Source: Raillietiella orientalis (taxonomy: Eukaryota). Taken from it: 64,000 nucleotides of DNA. Below the pieces are notes generated by a model that saw nothing but the letters and a program-made list of their open reading frames with translations, searched no databases and was not told the origin of the DNA. Of this stretch, positions 24,801-36,899 are shown in pieces. The DNA is taken from the NCBI GenBank assembly GCA_036172245.1, contig JAYWIR010000022.1:1178001-1242000 (forward strand), written 5' to 3'. The position numbers and the translations under genes are program-made. The number at the start of each line of letters is the position of its first letter. The first letter of the stretch is position 1.

Positions 24801-26400
24801 TTGAAGCTCGCTAGATGCTTGCGTATGGATGAGAGCTCATTTGAGGCGATTGCTCACCTGCTCTGGGCGATCCATCATTTCAAGCTGCAAATGCCACGGG
24901 ATCCGCGTAGCACGGAGCTTTTCTCTTTTATCTTGGATTGCTCTTCATCATGCGATTTATCTGCTTCACTCCCATCGCACCTCCAGGTGGAGTCTGTTCT
25001 CTCTCTGGTTCGAACCCTGGAGGGAGAGTTTCCCGATGCTCTCGATGGACCTGATCGATGTCGGACGACACTCCCATTCAGCAGTTGAAAAATTTCGGTC
25101 ACCGGCCTGGAAAGATGGGTGCTCGAAATAATTTATTCAGGAAACGATTTGAAAATTTCCTAGGAGCGGCATTTCTTCGTGTGACAAAACACGGGTGTTC
25201 TTAGCATTGGTACTCAACAGATGTCATTGGTTTGAGGTTTTTTTTTGTAACTATCGATTCGGTTGGTCCTTGAAATAAAAAGCTGCCGGAATTCGCTTTC
25301 GCAGGGCAGATTTTTTTGTGTGTGTGACGAATCAGTTCGTTTTAGCATTGGATGTCTTTGGAATTTATGGAGGATTTAAAAAAAAAATTCGAATGTCGTC
25401 AGTTCCCGAGGTGCGAAAAGCACATCGCTATTCGATGTGGGAAATTTCTTAACTGATTCAGCTAGAGGCATCACAAATCTCCTAGAACGGTAACCATTCA
25501 TCATTCACCAGTATTCAGCTTGCCTTTTGGAACAAAACACTGTTATGACGCTGATAACTTTGAGTATCTTCATCAAAGGGATCATTTTGTTTTCTTCTCA
25601 AAGAAAGGGGAATGCGAGTTGTATAAAAAAAAAAAAGAGTGGAGTCCGATCCTTCACTGGTGTTCCGATGGCTCTGAATACAAGTCTTGGTGCTCCGTTT
25701 AGCTTTCCATCCTTTCCGGATGATGGAAATCCTTCTTTTCTGTCTTGGCAGTTCTTCGACACGGTTCCAGGCCAGCCCGAGGGTGGGTAATTCTTCAAGA
25801 TAGGGAGCATCCCGGGAGGGGTCCGCCCTATGAATCCAGGAAGGACTCGGAGTCCGTTTCTCTCATGTCTGGGGAAGGATCCCCGGAAATTGAGATGATC
25901 TCCATCCTGGTTGTCTCCGAAGGGGAATCCCGAAGCGAATCCTCCTTCCTTATTCTCTCCAGAGGACCCCGGAGGGGTCCACTCCATTTTTTCTTCTCTA
26001 AAGGGAACCCGGAAAGGATCCGAACCTGGAATTTCTTCTTTGGAAGGATTCCCCGCAAGGGATCCGCTCCTGTTTACTCCTCTGAAGAGAACCCGAAATT
26101 CAGAAGGACGCAGCTTCCTCGAAGGGATGGGCTCGCTTCTCCGCACTCTCTGGAGAGGTGGTGGAGACACACCTAATGCCCATTCCAGAGGGTACCTCCG
26201 GAATGGAGGTCCGCTCCTTCACAACCGGAGGGGAGCTCCCACTCCGTGATTCCTGGAAGGACCCTGAGGTCGACTCCCGGCCTTCATCGGGGGCATCCGG
26301 TTGCAACCGCTACCAGTGCCGCACCCGGATGAATGTAGCTCGAACAGAGCCATCTTGTGGGATGAACTCGGGACCCACGAAGCACTGCGTCTATTCCTTC

Positions 26401-26465
26401 GGAGCATTCGAACCCACGACGCTTGATGGCGCCACTCTCGGAGACCACCGCAGCCACACGGCCTC
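26401..26465 (-). other. tRNA-like Pol III A/B-box remnant (possible SINE head or tRNA pseudogene)
   Basis: Minus strand ggccgtgTGGCTGCGGTGGTc...cgtgGGTTCGAATGC. A- and B-box-like motifs lie at tRNA-like spacing, but there is no full cloverleaf. Confidence 0.3.
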
Positions 26466-26679
26466 CGACGCGGGCTACGGAATCCCAACGCAAGGTTACT
26501 TACTTTTGGAGTAACCAATCAAAAGGCATTCTTCATTTGCTCTGCTCTTTATCAAACAAAAGTTTTAGATCACCTAATCAAATGGCAGTCATTTCTTTGA
26601 GCTTGTTAGCATTTAAACAACTGGAAGAAAGCAGAAGAAGAAAAAAAAAAACCGTTTACTGCAAGTCTCTTCTATAATT

Positions 26680-27330
26680 GATCACTCATGTATGCATCGT
26701 ATACACTAGCAGTTGTTTCCCCATGGCATATATGGGATCTCCCGCTCCTCCATTTGAGCATCGTTCTGGTGTTGTCGAGTGACTCAAAAACAGTGAATTG
26801 GCTTTCAGGGAATTCTATTCTGCTCGAAATAGCAAGCGTATATGGAATGCCCAGGAGTCTAGTTTTTCCGATGGATGACATATGACCGAGTTTTTTGAAA
26901 TATCGTCGATTTCCCGACTCATTTCCAAATCACAGCATCAGTCCATTTCGATAGCAGCAAACATTTCGAGCTGCAAGGATGCTGCAAACAGCCACTATCA
27001 ATTCCACAGCGCTGTAACGTAAACAAACATAAAAGTCGATGACGTGCAAGCGTTTGAACAGTTTAAATTCGTGAAACAAATGCATGATCGTCGGCAGAAA
27101 ACCAAATTTATTCAAGGTTTGGGCCTTCCACAACCACTGCAATCAGTGATACCAACTGCCGTCTTCTAATTAAAATTAAATGTTCCAATCGTGCATGCAT
27201 AAACAGTGCACTAATTAGGGGAAAAATGGCGACGAATTTTTGCAACCCACTCCAAACGAAGAAAACCAAATTGGCAGATGATTCATATTTACAGTATGAG
27301 TGCGGGGAAAAACGGTATCTCAGATTATCG
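26680..27330 (-). mobile_element. Decayed Ty3/gypsy integrase
   Basis: FVWSGLQKFV (cf. WPxMxKDV), LSKWTDA (cf. SKWxEA), GIPYTLAISSRIEF (cf. GxPxxIxSDxGxEF), PYMPWGN (cf. PYHPQxNG). Confidence 0.65.
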
Positions 27331-28396
27331 GAAGCTGTTCCCTGCACGGAATTCTACGTTACAGCCATTGGCCCCCATGCCTGCACCCAGCCGTCCTTAT
27401 GATTTTCAGAGTAGCATTCATTCTGAATGGGAAAATAATTCTGCGATAAAATCTTCATTTGATTGGAATTTCATGCTCGTTTGATTCGTACGACTTCCAA
27501 TGTTGATTTTTTTTTCTTTGATAAGTAAACAGAAAAGAGCTGGAAGCAGCAGCAGTCTCCCTTTAAGGACGGAAGGTGCATTTTACTCAGCTTTTTCCCA
27601 AGTAAATGAGAGAGTTTGGGTGAATTTTTCAGAGATTCACCTTCAGCTATGAAATTTGCATAAATTTTCGTATATTTTTGTACAGTTTCGAAAAGTGATG
27701 TCTCCTTTTCCTTAGCAGCGATTCATGAAACAGCAGCATTCGTGGATTAGAAAATAAGACTTCTTGACTGATTAGAGACCTACGTGGCTGCGCATGACAG
27801 CTCTTTCAAAGCCTATTAATTTTGAATTTTCCGCTGTGTTCAACTTAATTGAATTCCAGAACCAGAGAAGTCAGTCCCTTTTTGAAATTTTATTTTCTCT
27901 TGTGAAATTTTTTCCTACTTTCGACGAGAATCGTTTTATTCTGCCCGCTGGATTAGAAGGCGCTGATTCCGTACTGAAAGTTTGCTGTACAAAACAGATG
28001 GAAAATTTCGAAAGTGACTTTGTCTTTTTGTTTTTTGTTTTTGTTTTTGTTTTTTTTTTAAAAAAATGTATGCAATGTTTATTGAACGTTGTGTTCAGTT
28101 TTCATAAGGAGCATGTGCTCTGATTAAATTAGATAAATCGGATGGAATTAGGTAGATGCTGGTTCCAGGAATGTAGATGAAGGCTTTGATTTTGGAACAA
28201 GGCTGCTGCAAAATCATCATCTACTTTGGAATGTTTCTCGAAAGTGGCTCTCAATGGAGAAAAGGAGGTTGGATGAAGGCATACGTGTTTTCTGTTGAGC
28301 TTCTTTGTAAGCGCATCATCATCTGTAGGGTGCAAAATGACACCGTTCTGATATTTCGGGATTATTTCATACATTAATACGAACCTGAATGCGTAA

Positions 28397-28413
28397 ACAC
28401 ACACACACACACA
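28397..28413. repeat. (CA)n microsatellite
   Basis: acacacacacacacaca seen directly. Confidence 0.9.
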
Positions 28414-28849
28414 TAGAATAAAAATCACTTGGAATACGCAATCAGCACAAACTTAGTAAAGACATTGGGATTAGAAGACCTATCTATTTTGCAACCATCC
28501 ACATGGATCCAGCTGAAAAGATGGAAAGCAAACTCTCAGAAAACAGGACCGTCGAGTAAGGAGATACCCCCCATAAATTCCAGAAATCAATGTGGGAACT
28601 TGAAATTTGAATAAATCACCTGTGCGTTACTTCCAAAGCTCAGCATGGAGTGTCTGCTGAAAGAAGTGATTTACCGCGAAAGTTGTGCGATTTTTTTTTT
28701 TTTTTTTCTACAGTTCCTTCCAATTCCAGGTCGGAGTCCTTGGAAGCGCAATAAAAGTGGACCTTAAATTTTAAAATCAAGAGGACTAAGATGAGAACGG
28801 GAAAATATAATAAGGTCGCATTGATGAATGACGTTTGGCTGCTGTGGTG

Positions 28850-29350
28850 CTTTCCATCAAAAGAAGCTGACCGTGACGCGGAATCTCAAGATGGGTTTCC
28901 ATGAGGAGCTGATGGAGATGCTTAAAAGTGTTCCTTTTATGCATCTCAGTTTAATTCCTCGATTCCTTTTTCCACTGGACAGAGGGAACTGCGAGATCGC
29001 GTCACTCATCTGAAGAAGGCTGCATTAAATCACTCGGAAAAAATTCCCGTGTTCTTTGTGCCGATTTCAATTACTGTTCACCAATGCGGAATAAGGAAAT
29101 GCATGTGGCAAAATCGTCCTGGAGTAACCACGCTATTAGGCGTTAATAAATTGGATGTCCCCATTTTGCAAATGTAAGGAATTACAATAAAGCGAGAGAT
29201 AAATGATGTTATTAATTCAAACTTTTTGCTAAACTTTATTTCCCGTGGAAACTTTGCAGTAATAGTTTCAGTAGAAAGGCAAAGGCGCTTAAATGGCATC
29301 CAATACTTGGAAGAAAATCATTCCCTAAACAGAGGAAACTATATTTCCAT
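28850..29350 (+). mobile_element. Decayed gypsy integrase zinc-binding region
   Basis: HQCGIRKCMWQNRPGVT (cf. HxGxxK...WPG), then NGIQYL (cf. GxxYL). Confidence 0.4.
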
Positions 29351-30279
29351 GTTCTCCCATATTGCAGAATCCATTGCTTTCTAAGAATTTCAGGATCAAT
29401 TCATTTTCAAAATATTCAGAATAGAATTACAGTTTTTCTTTTTAACTTCACAGTTTCTGCGAGTTTTGGCCACTTTTTTTTTTTTTTCTTCCCTTCTTCT
29501 TCTGCTTTTTTTGCAATATTTTTTGGAATGCAGTTCGGATTCCTCCCCGAATGCTTTTCGCTGGAGGAATCACCATGGAATTTCGGTGGTTCAGAATAAG
29601 AGGATCGTTGATTCGGATCTTTCGGAAAATTTCCAGTCAGTTTTCATATTCCCTTGGAATAATACGCAGTTTTATTTGTTTTTTGGAATTGCCTTTGTGC
29701 TAGACTCGGTTGTTTTCCAGAAGGTTTTTCTTACGTCTCGTGGTTCTCGAGGTGAGAGATAAAAGTATTTTAAAGGAGTCCTGAGTGAGAAAAGCAACGT
29801 TGTTTCGAGCAGCATCAGAGAAGACTAGCAGACGGCACGGCAAACACAAAGGAGCGGTGTGCCCGAAAGCAAAACACACACACACGATCGTGTTAAAATT
29901 TCCATCTTCTTATCCACTTACGATACGGTTATCATAGTAGGAAATGAAATTGGGGAGCCTGCCAGGTTCAGCTGAGCTAAGATGAGGAACTAAGCAGGAC
30001 CAATGCTCCGATGTGTTGGTATCCACACTTCTTGGAAATTCCACTGGAGAGGAAATCCTCCCCCCTCCCTCCCATCTTTTTTTCCCCGATCATTTTTTTC
30101 CCGTTTTTGTTGCAAAGTTTGGGCAAAAAGAGTACTAGTGGAGGATTCTGGTGGAAGTACTATAAATGATTGCTAGTGGATCAGCAAGTTCCTGTAGGCT
30201 GAAATTCTCGACCGTCATCTTTATGGTGATCTGATGGAAGCTCCATCCCTTTCCCTTACACTTGAGGACTTCAAAAGTC

Positions 30280-31000
30280 TCCTTCCTATAAAACTGAATC
30301 TTCAGCCGGTGACACAGTGGGAGAGGAAGCATGGTCCCCAACTGTCCCACATGCTTCTAGATTCTGTTACCCGATGAGGAGAAAACGAACGCACCTCGGG
30401 CGACGGAGTTGCTGCTCTCGGTGGACAGACGACCCCGATGGCATGCATGTTGAAGCGCCTCGTCGAGCGCAGTGCAAGGGCAGCAACTCTGCTGCTGCCT
30501 CGGAGAAATAGTCGCAGCAAGTGCAGCCGAAAGAGGGCAGCATGAAGAGAGGACCATCCTCATGATGATCTCCTTGAAGAAGGCAAGGAAGTGGCTCCGT
30601 CTTGGGGAGGAACTCGCCAGCATCTTGCACAGGATGCAGAGGAACCCAGGGAAGCACCAGTAATCCTCCTTCCCTGATTCCCCTCCCCACTTAAATAGTT
30701 GGATATTTTTTTCATTTCTTTATCCGGCATCCCTTCCCCTCCTTCCCCGAGGCGGACTGCACTTACAAATAAGCTGGCATTCTGGATTCCTGCCAGAATA
30801 TCAAGAATGCTTCGGATTTCGGCAGCAACTAGGGCATTCGTGTGCATTATTTTGTTTTCTTGTATGCGCATTGCTACAAATTACAACAAGCGTCCCGACG
30901 CAACCGGGAATCACAGAGAAGGCGTTTCTAAGCAACAGGCTCTGAGTCTGCAAATATTCTTCAGCTTGTAGAGCCGAATGAAAGAAAGCCATTCAAATGA
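30280..31000 (-). mobile_element. Decayed piggyBac transposase C-terminal part
   Basis: GMPDKEMKKISNY (cf. GGVDxxDQxxxxY), LCILCKML...HFLAFFKEIIMRMV (cf. NA+++Y...LxFR..++..L), RCVRF...ESRSMWDSWGPCFLSHC (cf. cysteine-rich domain RCxxC...CxxC...LC..CF). Confidence 0.5.
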
Positions 31001-31199
31001 ATTCTGGGAAAAGAAAGAAAAGAAAAGACAAAATCAGTGAACGAACCTGTTTGGCTCTCAGCTAAGCAAATGAACCAGAAATCTGATGGTTAACGCTGCT
31101 TGGCATCAGCGGCCAATCAGCATCTATTTTCACTCTATGGAATTCATCTTCGTGTTACACAACGTTGACACAAGCTGTCTTGGTGAAGACGATGACACC

Positions 31200-32700
31200 T
31201 GAATTTTTATCGCTTTGATTTGAAAGCAGCAGACGGTAGCAACAGATACGAAACCTTCCGGAACAAAGAGACACTTGGAAACTGACATGCTGCATCCAAA
31301 GAACTACCTTGGTCCTCAAATGGTTTCCCTAACTTGTTCTTGAAAGAACTATCCAGAATTTTCCGTTTAGTTGCCGAGCATTGTCCAGAACAGCCTTCCT
31401 AATGAAAGATTGCAGCTTTGTTCCACATCGATTGCTGTTGCATGCGTCCCTGGATTCCAGCACACTAAAGTGTCATCTTGCTTCCAAAACTTGGTTGGTG
31501 CCTAGCCAGGAACAAGGAGCTGGTAATCTTGAGGCTCCACAAGCAGGTCATGATCGTAGGCTTTTCGAGTGGAAAGATTGTAACTTCTTGCAGGTTCGGC
31601 CAGAAACTCGACGGCCTCCAATGGGACCGTCTGTAGGCGCCATCTCGCCCACGAGAGATGCGACAGAGTAATCCAAACTGGAAGGTGAAAATAAAAGGGA
31701 GCCTCAGCACTACTGTCAACAGGTGATACCGCTTCAGTCCTTCCTTTCTCTTCAGATGACAGCCCTCTTGTTCACTGCCATGTGGCCGGCACACCACGCC
31801 CCTATTTATTTATTTGTTTATCGGTTTTTCCCACCTCCGTTCCCTCTCTAGTTTTGTCCACAGTGGTGTTCGGATTCTTCCACATATGTCCGACCCCTTC
31901 TTATTGCATTTTTTACGTATTCATTGTAAATAAATGGTTCTGCATGCCAGGGCAAGAAACTCGCCGACTCCTCAGTTTCAACACACTTCTTCATTGATTC
32001 TATTATGATCCTCACCATTCCTGCAAGACCTTTGTTACTGCAATGATGTTTCAGGATGAATCTCCATCGGCAGGAGGCAACTACCATTACTGTCATAATG
32101 ACACAAATCAAGAGAAATTTGTGGAAGCTGTAGGTTAAAGTAGTAGACAACAACGGGTATGAACGTCTTTGATGAGTAGATACGATCTGATAGCCCTCGC
32201 GGAAGGATGACGAAATAGATTATAAATCTCAAGAAGGCGTTCCAAAAGATGGTACGAATCATCAGGCTTGTAAGATTGAACTATGAAGACCTACTCTTCA
32301 TTCAAAGATCTGATTGAATCGGATAACATTGATGAGGAGGAGCAGCAAAGCTTTCAAGCTTGCGGACGCTGATTACTCTTTGGAGAGGTAGACGTCCTCA
32401 TCTGCATCCTTGTCTCTTCCGCTTATCAGCAGTGCAGTGCCACTTGAGCCCTCGACTGTGCACCACATGGACCTTGAGCTACTACTGCATCCCAGTGTCA
32501 GATTCAATGTACCGATCGGAAATGTCTCCAGAGCAAATGAGAGAAAAGAGAGTTCCGGCAAAGTGGCGCTATTCGGCTTCTTTCCACAAGCCCCTGGTTC
32601 TTTGGGAAAATTGCTGCTTCTCCAATTGAGCCCGAGACTCATTTCCCAGGTGACACAGTGACAAACTTCGAATGGTTCCGTAATGCAGTCGAGAATTGCA
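31200..32700 (-). mobile_element. Decayed DIRS-like (tyrosine-recombinase class) RT/RNase H region
   Basis: AILDCITEPFEV (cf. LxxIxxGYxL), IFWNAFLRFIIYFVILPRGLS...KTFIPVV (cf. FxWxG..YxFxxLPFGL..FTKxxxPVV), RDACNSNRCG (cf. TDASxxGWG). No recombinase recognised. Confidence 0.5.
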
Positions 32701-32729
32701 TTTTCTGTTTGCTCTTCCTCAACTTTCAG

Positions 32730-33850
32730 CACATTCTTCGATATGTTCAGCTTATCATGACTTAGGCCAATAAGCAGGTTTCAGCTGTCATGTTTGGTGG
32801 AGGGAAAGGACAGCCGATACTACCCTCAGTTCTGCCCTTAAAGCTAAGCCGAAGGTCATTAAGAAAAGAATTCTTCCCTCTTTCACGAAAATCTGGAGTC
32901 GACATTGCAAGTGCAGAATAGTGGAAAGAGTTCTTCCGGAATTTCATGGATGACAGGAACTGGCTAGACTCCGTCACTTCTATTTCCTTACGGCCTGTTT
33001 TCTATTCAGCTGATCGCTGTGAACTTTCTCAGACTCACTTCACCACGAAACTTTGTAGCAGCATTTCCAAGCATTCCTATCGTAACTGACCTCTCTGGAA
33101 AGTATACAACCACTTCATACCTGGTATGTCAAAATACCAGGAAGTTTGTCATAGGGTACCCTTATACCTTTCTTTTTGGCTACGCATTTTCTAACAAATT
33201 TTTTCAAGATCCCAAAATCAAGGACAGTCTTCATCTGTTCTTTCCGCCAAATATAAAATTTCTCTTCACTTTATTGCCCACATCTGATTTCGAATCTGAG
33301 AAGCTCCACACCCAATTCTTCCCCATCAAAATGCACTCGCTCCCTCCAAGAATCGTCTAGTTCTACCCTTCGACACATTAAGCAAGCCCTTGAATCCTCG
33401 CGACTGGGTCCACAGCCAAGTCATCTGTCTGTCAGGAATTTCCACTCCGAAGAACGCAGCCGCCTGACAGTTTGACTGGCTCTTCTCCGACGGAGGAACA
33501 TGCGGCTCGTGGAAGCTCTCGGGTCGCGGAACACGGTGACACGGTGGCCACGCGCGTGCCCTCTGGGATTCTTGCAGGGGAAAAGAAATCTGAATGGCTG
33601 CTCCGATCTCGAGTCGTAGACATGGGGCTTTTCAAGTCCGCACGCCATTTCTGAGTTTCCGGATCGTTTCTGGACACCCGAGGCAAACTTCTGGAGGACT
33701 GGGGACGTAAACTTCGGGTGACTTCCACAAGGAAAATTTCTCGGACGCATGTAGAGTCCAACACGAGCAAGCAGGAAGGCAAGGGCAAAATATGCTTCCC
33801 ATTCTTCGCGCATTCCCGAGAACTTGCCCCCAGGTTCCGCCATAGGCACG
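32730..33850 (-). mobile_element. Decayed gypsy gag, protease and RT start
   Basis: PGGKFSGMREEWEAYF (gag N-terminal FxGxxEEWxxY), TNFLVF*HTRYEV (cf. FLxDTGA), EGSIGCP...YRRMC (cf. GxIxP...RxCxD). Confidence 0.45.
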
Positions 33851-34899
33851 TGCGCATCCCCCCGTAAAGCTCCCCTGCGAGTTCGTGAATTCCTGAAAAC
33901 TCCCTCCCCCCCCCGTCCCCTTCCCCAGTGGGCGAGCCCGTGCAGGTATCCAAAAAATCCCAGGAAACCTCTCTCCGTTCTCTCTCACGCCGCCACTCGG
34001 GCTGTGAGCGAGGGCAGTGGCAGGTCCGTGGGAAACCGTCACACACGCCTTGCTGGCTCCCCGGCAAGGGCAGTCGTCCACGGCGGTTCTCGGCGCCCTT
34101 GCACGAACGGGACGGAATACGCTCCGCGGGTCACATGCGTTTTCATGAGATCTTCGGGCTTCCGCGAGTACTGCACTCTCCGAGAAAGTTCCTCTGTCGC
34201 TCAAATCCGAAAAATGAATGCGTCCCGACTTCCCCAATCATCGAAAATTAGCCGCGGAGCCTCGTAACCAGCTCGGATCCAGTTCTTGCCTTCCTGCACA
34301 CGTGTCTCGCTCCTTCTGAAATGCCCTTTCGATAAAACACGCACACACACAGCCAGCAAGCAACAGCATTAAAGATGTAATTGATAGTTGCGTCATAGGA
34401 AGGAAATATCCCGAATAGCCCTCTCGGGTGTACACATCCGAAACATCTACTCGTTCTCCTGAGAAAAGGAGTCTCATCTACTTCGAGTGTAGAGATGATT
34501 CCCTCCTATCAAACGCGGATAACACCTTCGGCGTCTGGAGGAAAATCCCTCGAAGAGAACTTCGCGCATCAAGATGCAAAATGGAAATAGCAAGATCGTT
34601 AGATGAAATTCCCAGAAGCAGCAGACGTGGTCACCTCAGTACGCCCTCGTGTTTAATTGGTGGAGGGGGCGATGCTCAGTCTGAGGGAGGATCCGAAGCC
34701 CTGAGGTCGCGGCTGAAGAAGCAAACGCGGGGGAACGACTTGGCTACTGCGAAGAGCACGAGTGAATTTTTGAAATTTGGCATTTCGCCTTCGTATTTTC
34801 GAAACCTGAGGTCTCGGGAGCTGCAGACCGGGAGAGACTACTGTCTGGGTTCGGTTGCTCCGTGAGAAGAGAGAGCGGTGTGGTTTCAAATCCGGAAAA

Positions 34900-36250
34900 G
34901 AACGGCAGAGCAATCTTTGGCCAAAGTCACTTGGGACAAACGCCGTAATTGGAAGGTTTGAAGGAGCTTGATAGTCTTGCTATGTTTCGGAAGAAGCAAG
35001 GGGAAAGAATGCAAACGACAAACCAATCTTCTGGATGACGGAAACTTGAATTCCAAAATGCAAAGCGATCCCTGGAACCCCGAAAGGCCGAAACGACAAT
35101 AAAGGTTAGTAAGACGCGGGAAACTTTTAAAATCTGACATGCCTGCTTTAGCTATGCCATCATAGTAGTTATTCCTCCAGAGGAAGCATCGGATTCTTGT
35201 TGATCACTCATTCCTGGTAAACCGTTTCGAGACTGTTTCCCGACCTTTGGCTCACGTCCTGTGGTAAGAATCCAACAGAAGAAGAATCATTTGCTCCCTT
35301 CAGATCAAAAGCATCTCTAGACACCACTGAAGTGATTTCCTTGTGAAACATCAACGAATAGTAGCACAAGTGAGCAGGCACGGGAAGCTCAAGGACCTGA
35401 CATCGCAGCCTGAACCGATGACAAAGGAACTACCAGCTTCATGGCCACAGTATCCGCAACGGAGACAGTTTCAACGCCAAGGCGTCGTCTTATGGTTCTG
35501 CAAAAGTTCTATGGAAAGGGGACACTAACAGGCAATCTACATTGCTCGATGCCTTGAGCTTTTGGATCAGCCTTCTGCAAAAGTCCCTTCGTGCAAAAAT
35601 GAAATCTCAAATCAGTAGAACAGATATGTAGCCCTTTCAGTTCTAAAAGGAAATCCTCACCATCACTCAGATCTCCAGATCTTCGTATCACTGCTTTCTT
35701 CATCATTTGTTTTCTTGCTGTCCTTACGATGTCCACAGGGCACTTGTACGGATGTAATGAGTCTAGACGAGGTCTGGTATACGGACACGAGCTTCTTGTT
35801 CTGATAAACAGCTTCCTAAACTTCAGTATGCTTTTTGCCTTTTGTTCTGTCGTGGGGTAGCCAAATCGGTGATTGTTCTACCTTAACAGGAGGTAAATGA
35901 CTCATGCTGCATAGGTCTCATGAAAGTAGACCTCATCATGCTTCAAGCTTCGTCATTGGACTACTGACTGTAGCCAAAGATCCACTTCATAGCTCTCGGA
36001 AGAAGCTTAGAACTGCGGGAAACGCAACTCTGGTTTACTAATTCAGCGGTGCCCAAGGAATGAACAAGTAATCCTGCTGCTCTCCCACAGTATAGTCGGA
36101 GAAGCCACCGATAGCACATGATCTTAATAAACTGCTGTTGTCTCCAGATTACATTCTGACCTCAATTTCCACAAACAGGGACCTTCGTGATAATTAACAG
36201 AAGGCTTTTCCTCCGTTCGCTGAATGCTGGGAACCAAGGTTCTGATAGGA
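34900..36250 (-). mobile_element. Decayed Ty3/gypsy RT
   Basis: ORF 35509..35736 EDFLLELKGLHICSTDLR...VSVPFP matches +DxLxxLxGxxxxSxxDL...xPFG. Confidence 0.6.
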
Positions 36251-36899
36251 TGTAATGCAACATGCGTAACACCCGGACGCTTCTCTCTCTTGTTTTGCCA
36301 TTTCTCTTCAGAAAACTTACAACTTAATAATCAGAAAGTGCTTGGAATCTCCCTTTACTGTCTCTTCTCTCGAGAAAAGGCTAGAAACAGCGATTTGTAT
36401 GCTGAGCGTGGCCTCTAGTATATATATGGCTCAAGATCTACACATTTCTCAGCTGTTACAGCTTAGCTTATAACGGTTGCAGTCTCCAGGGCGACTAGTT
36501 CTAAGGTGAGCATAACTGCCACTCCGTTCTGTACAATAATATTGCGTATTTCATTACGTTTCGACTTGCATGACCTTTGAATCTCTCTTGTTTGCACTCA
36601 CCTCATTTAGTTTACTTATTATGAGATGGGAATCATGTAGCTCGGCACCGGCAAGAATATCTGGAGGAACCGAATTGTGATCTTGATCTAAGACGAAAAT
36701 GCGACGACGTCAGCTTCTTCTCCTTCAATCACTGTAGTGGAGTGTAAGAAGGCCACCGAATGTGGTTTCCGATAAACATGATTTGTCCAAGAGTTCCTGA
36801 AGGATTTGTAATTGATTTCCTGATTGGTGGAATCTGGAGAGAAACCATGTTCGTTATATAAGTGAAGTGAAGAATGATTGTTCAGTGTGGCTCTGTCGA

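Noticed and set aside
28129..28428. Minus-strand ORF with PTDDD as an RT catalytic motif
   Set aside because: It is a single weak motif with no supporting neighbours.
19400..31110. Recurring short words such as ctgcttaa, ttaagcag and ctaagc as a dispersed mini-element family
   Set aside because: The matches are too short and inconsistent to distinguish from chance without alignment.
33980..34000. Possible primer-binding site (tggcggcgtg, minus strand) upstream of gag
   Set aside because: It is short, and no adjacent LTR end or partner LTR was identified.
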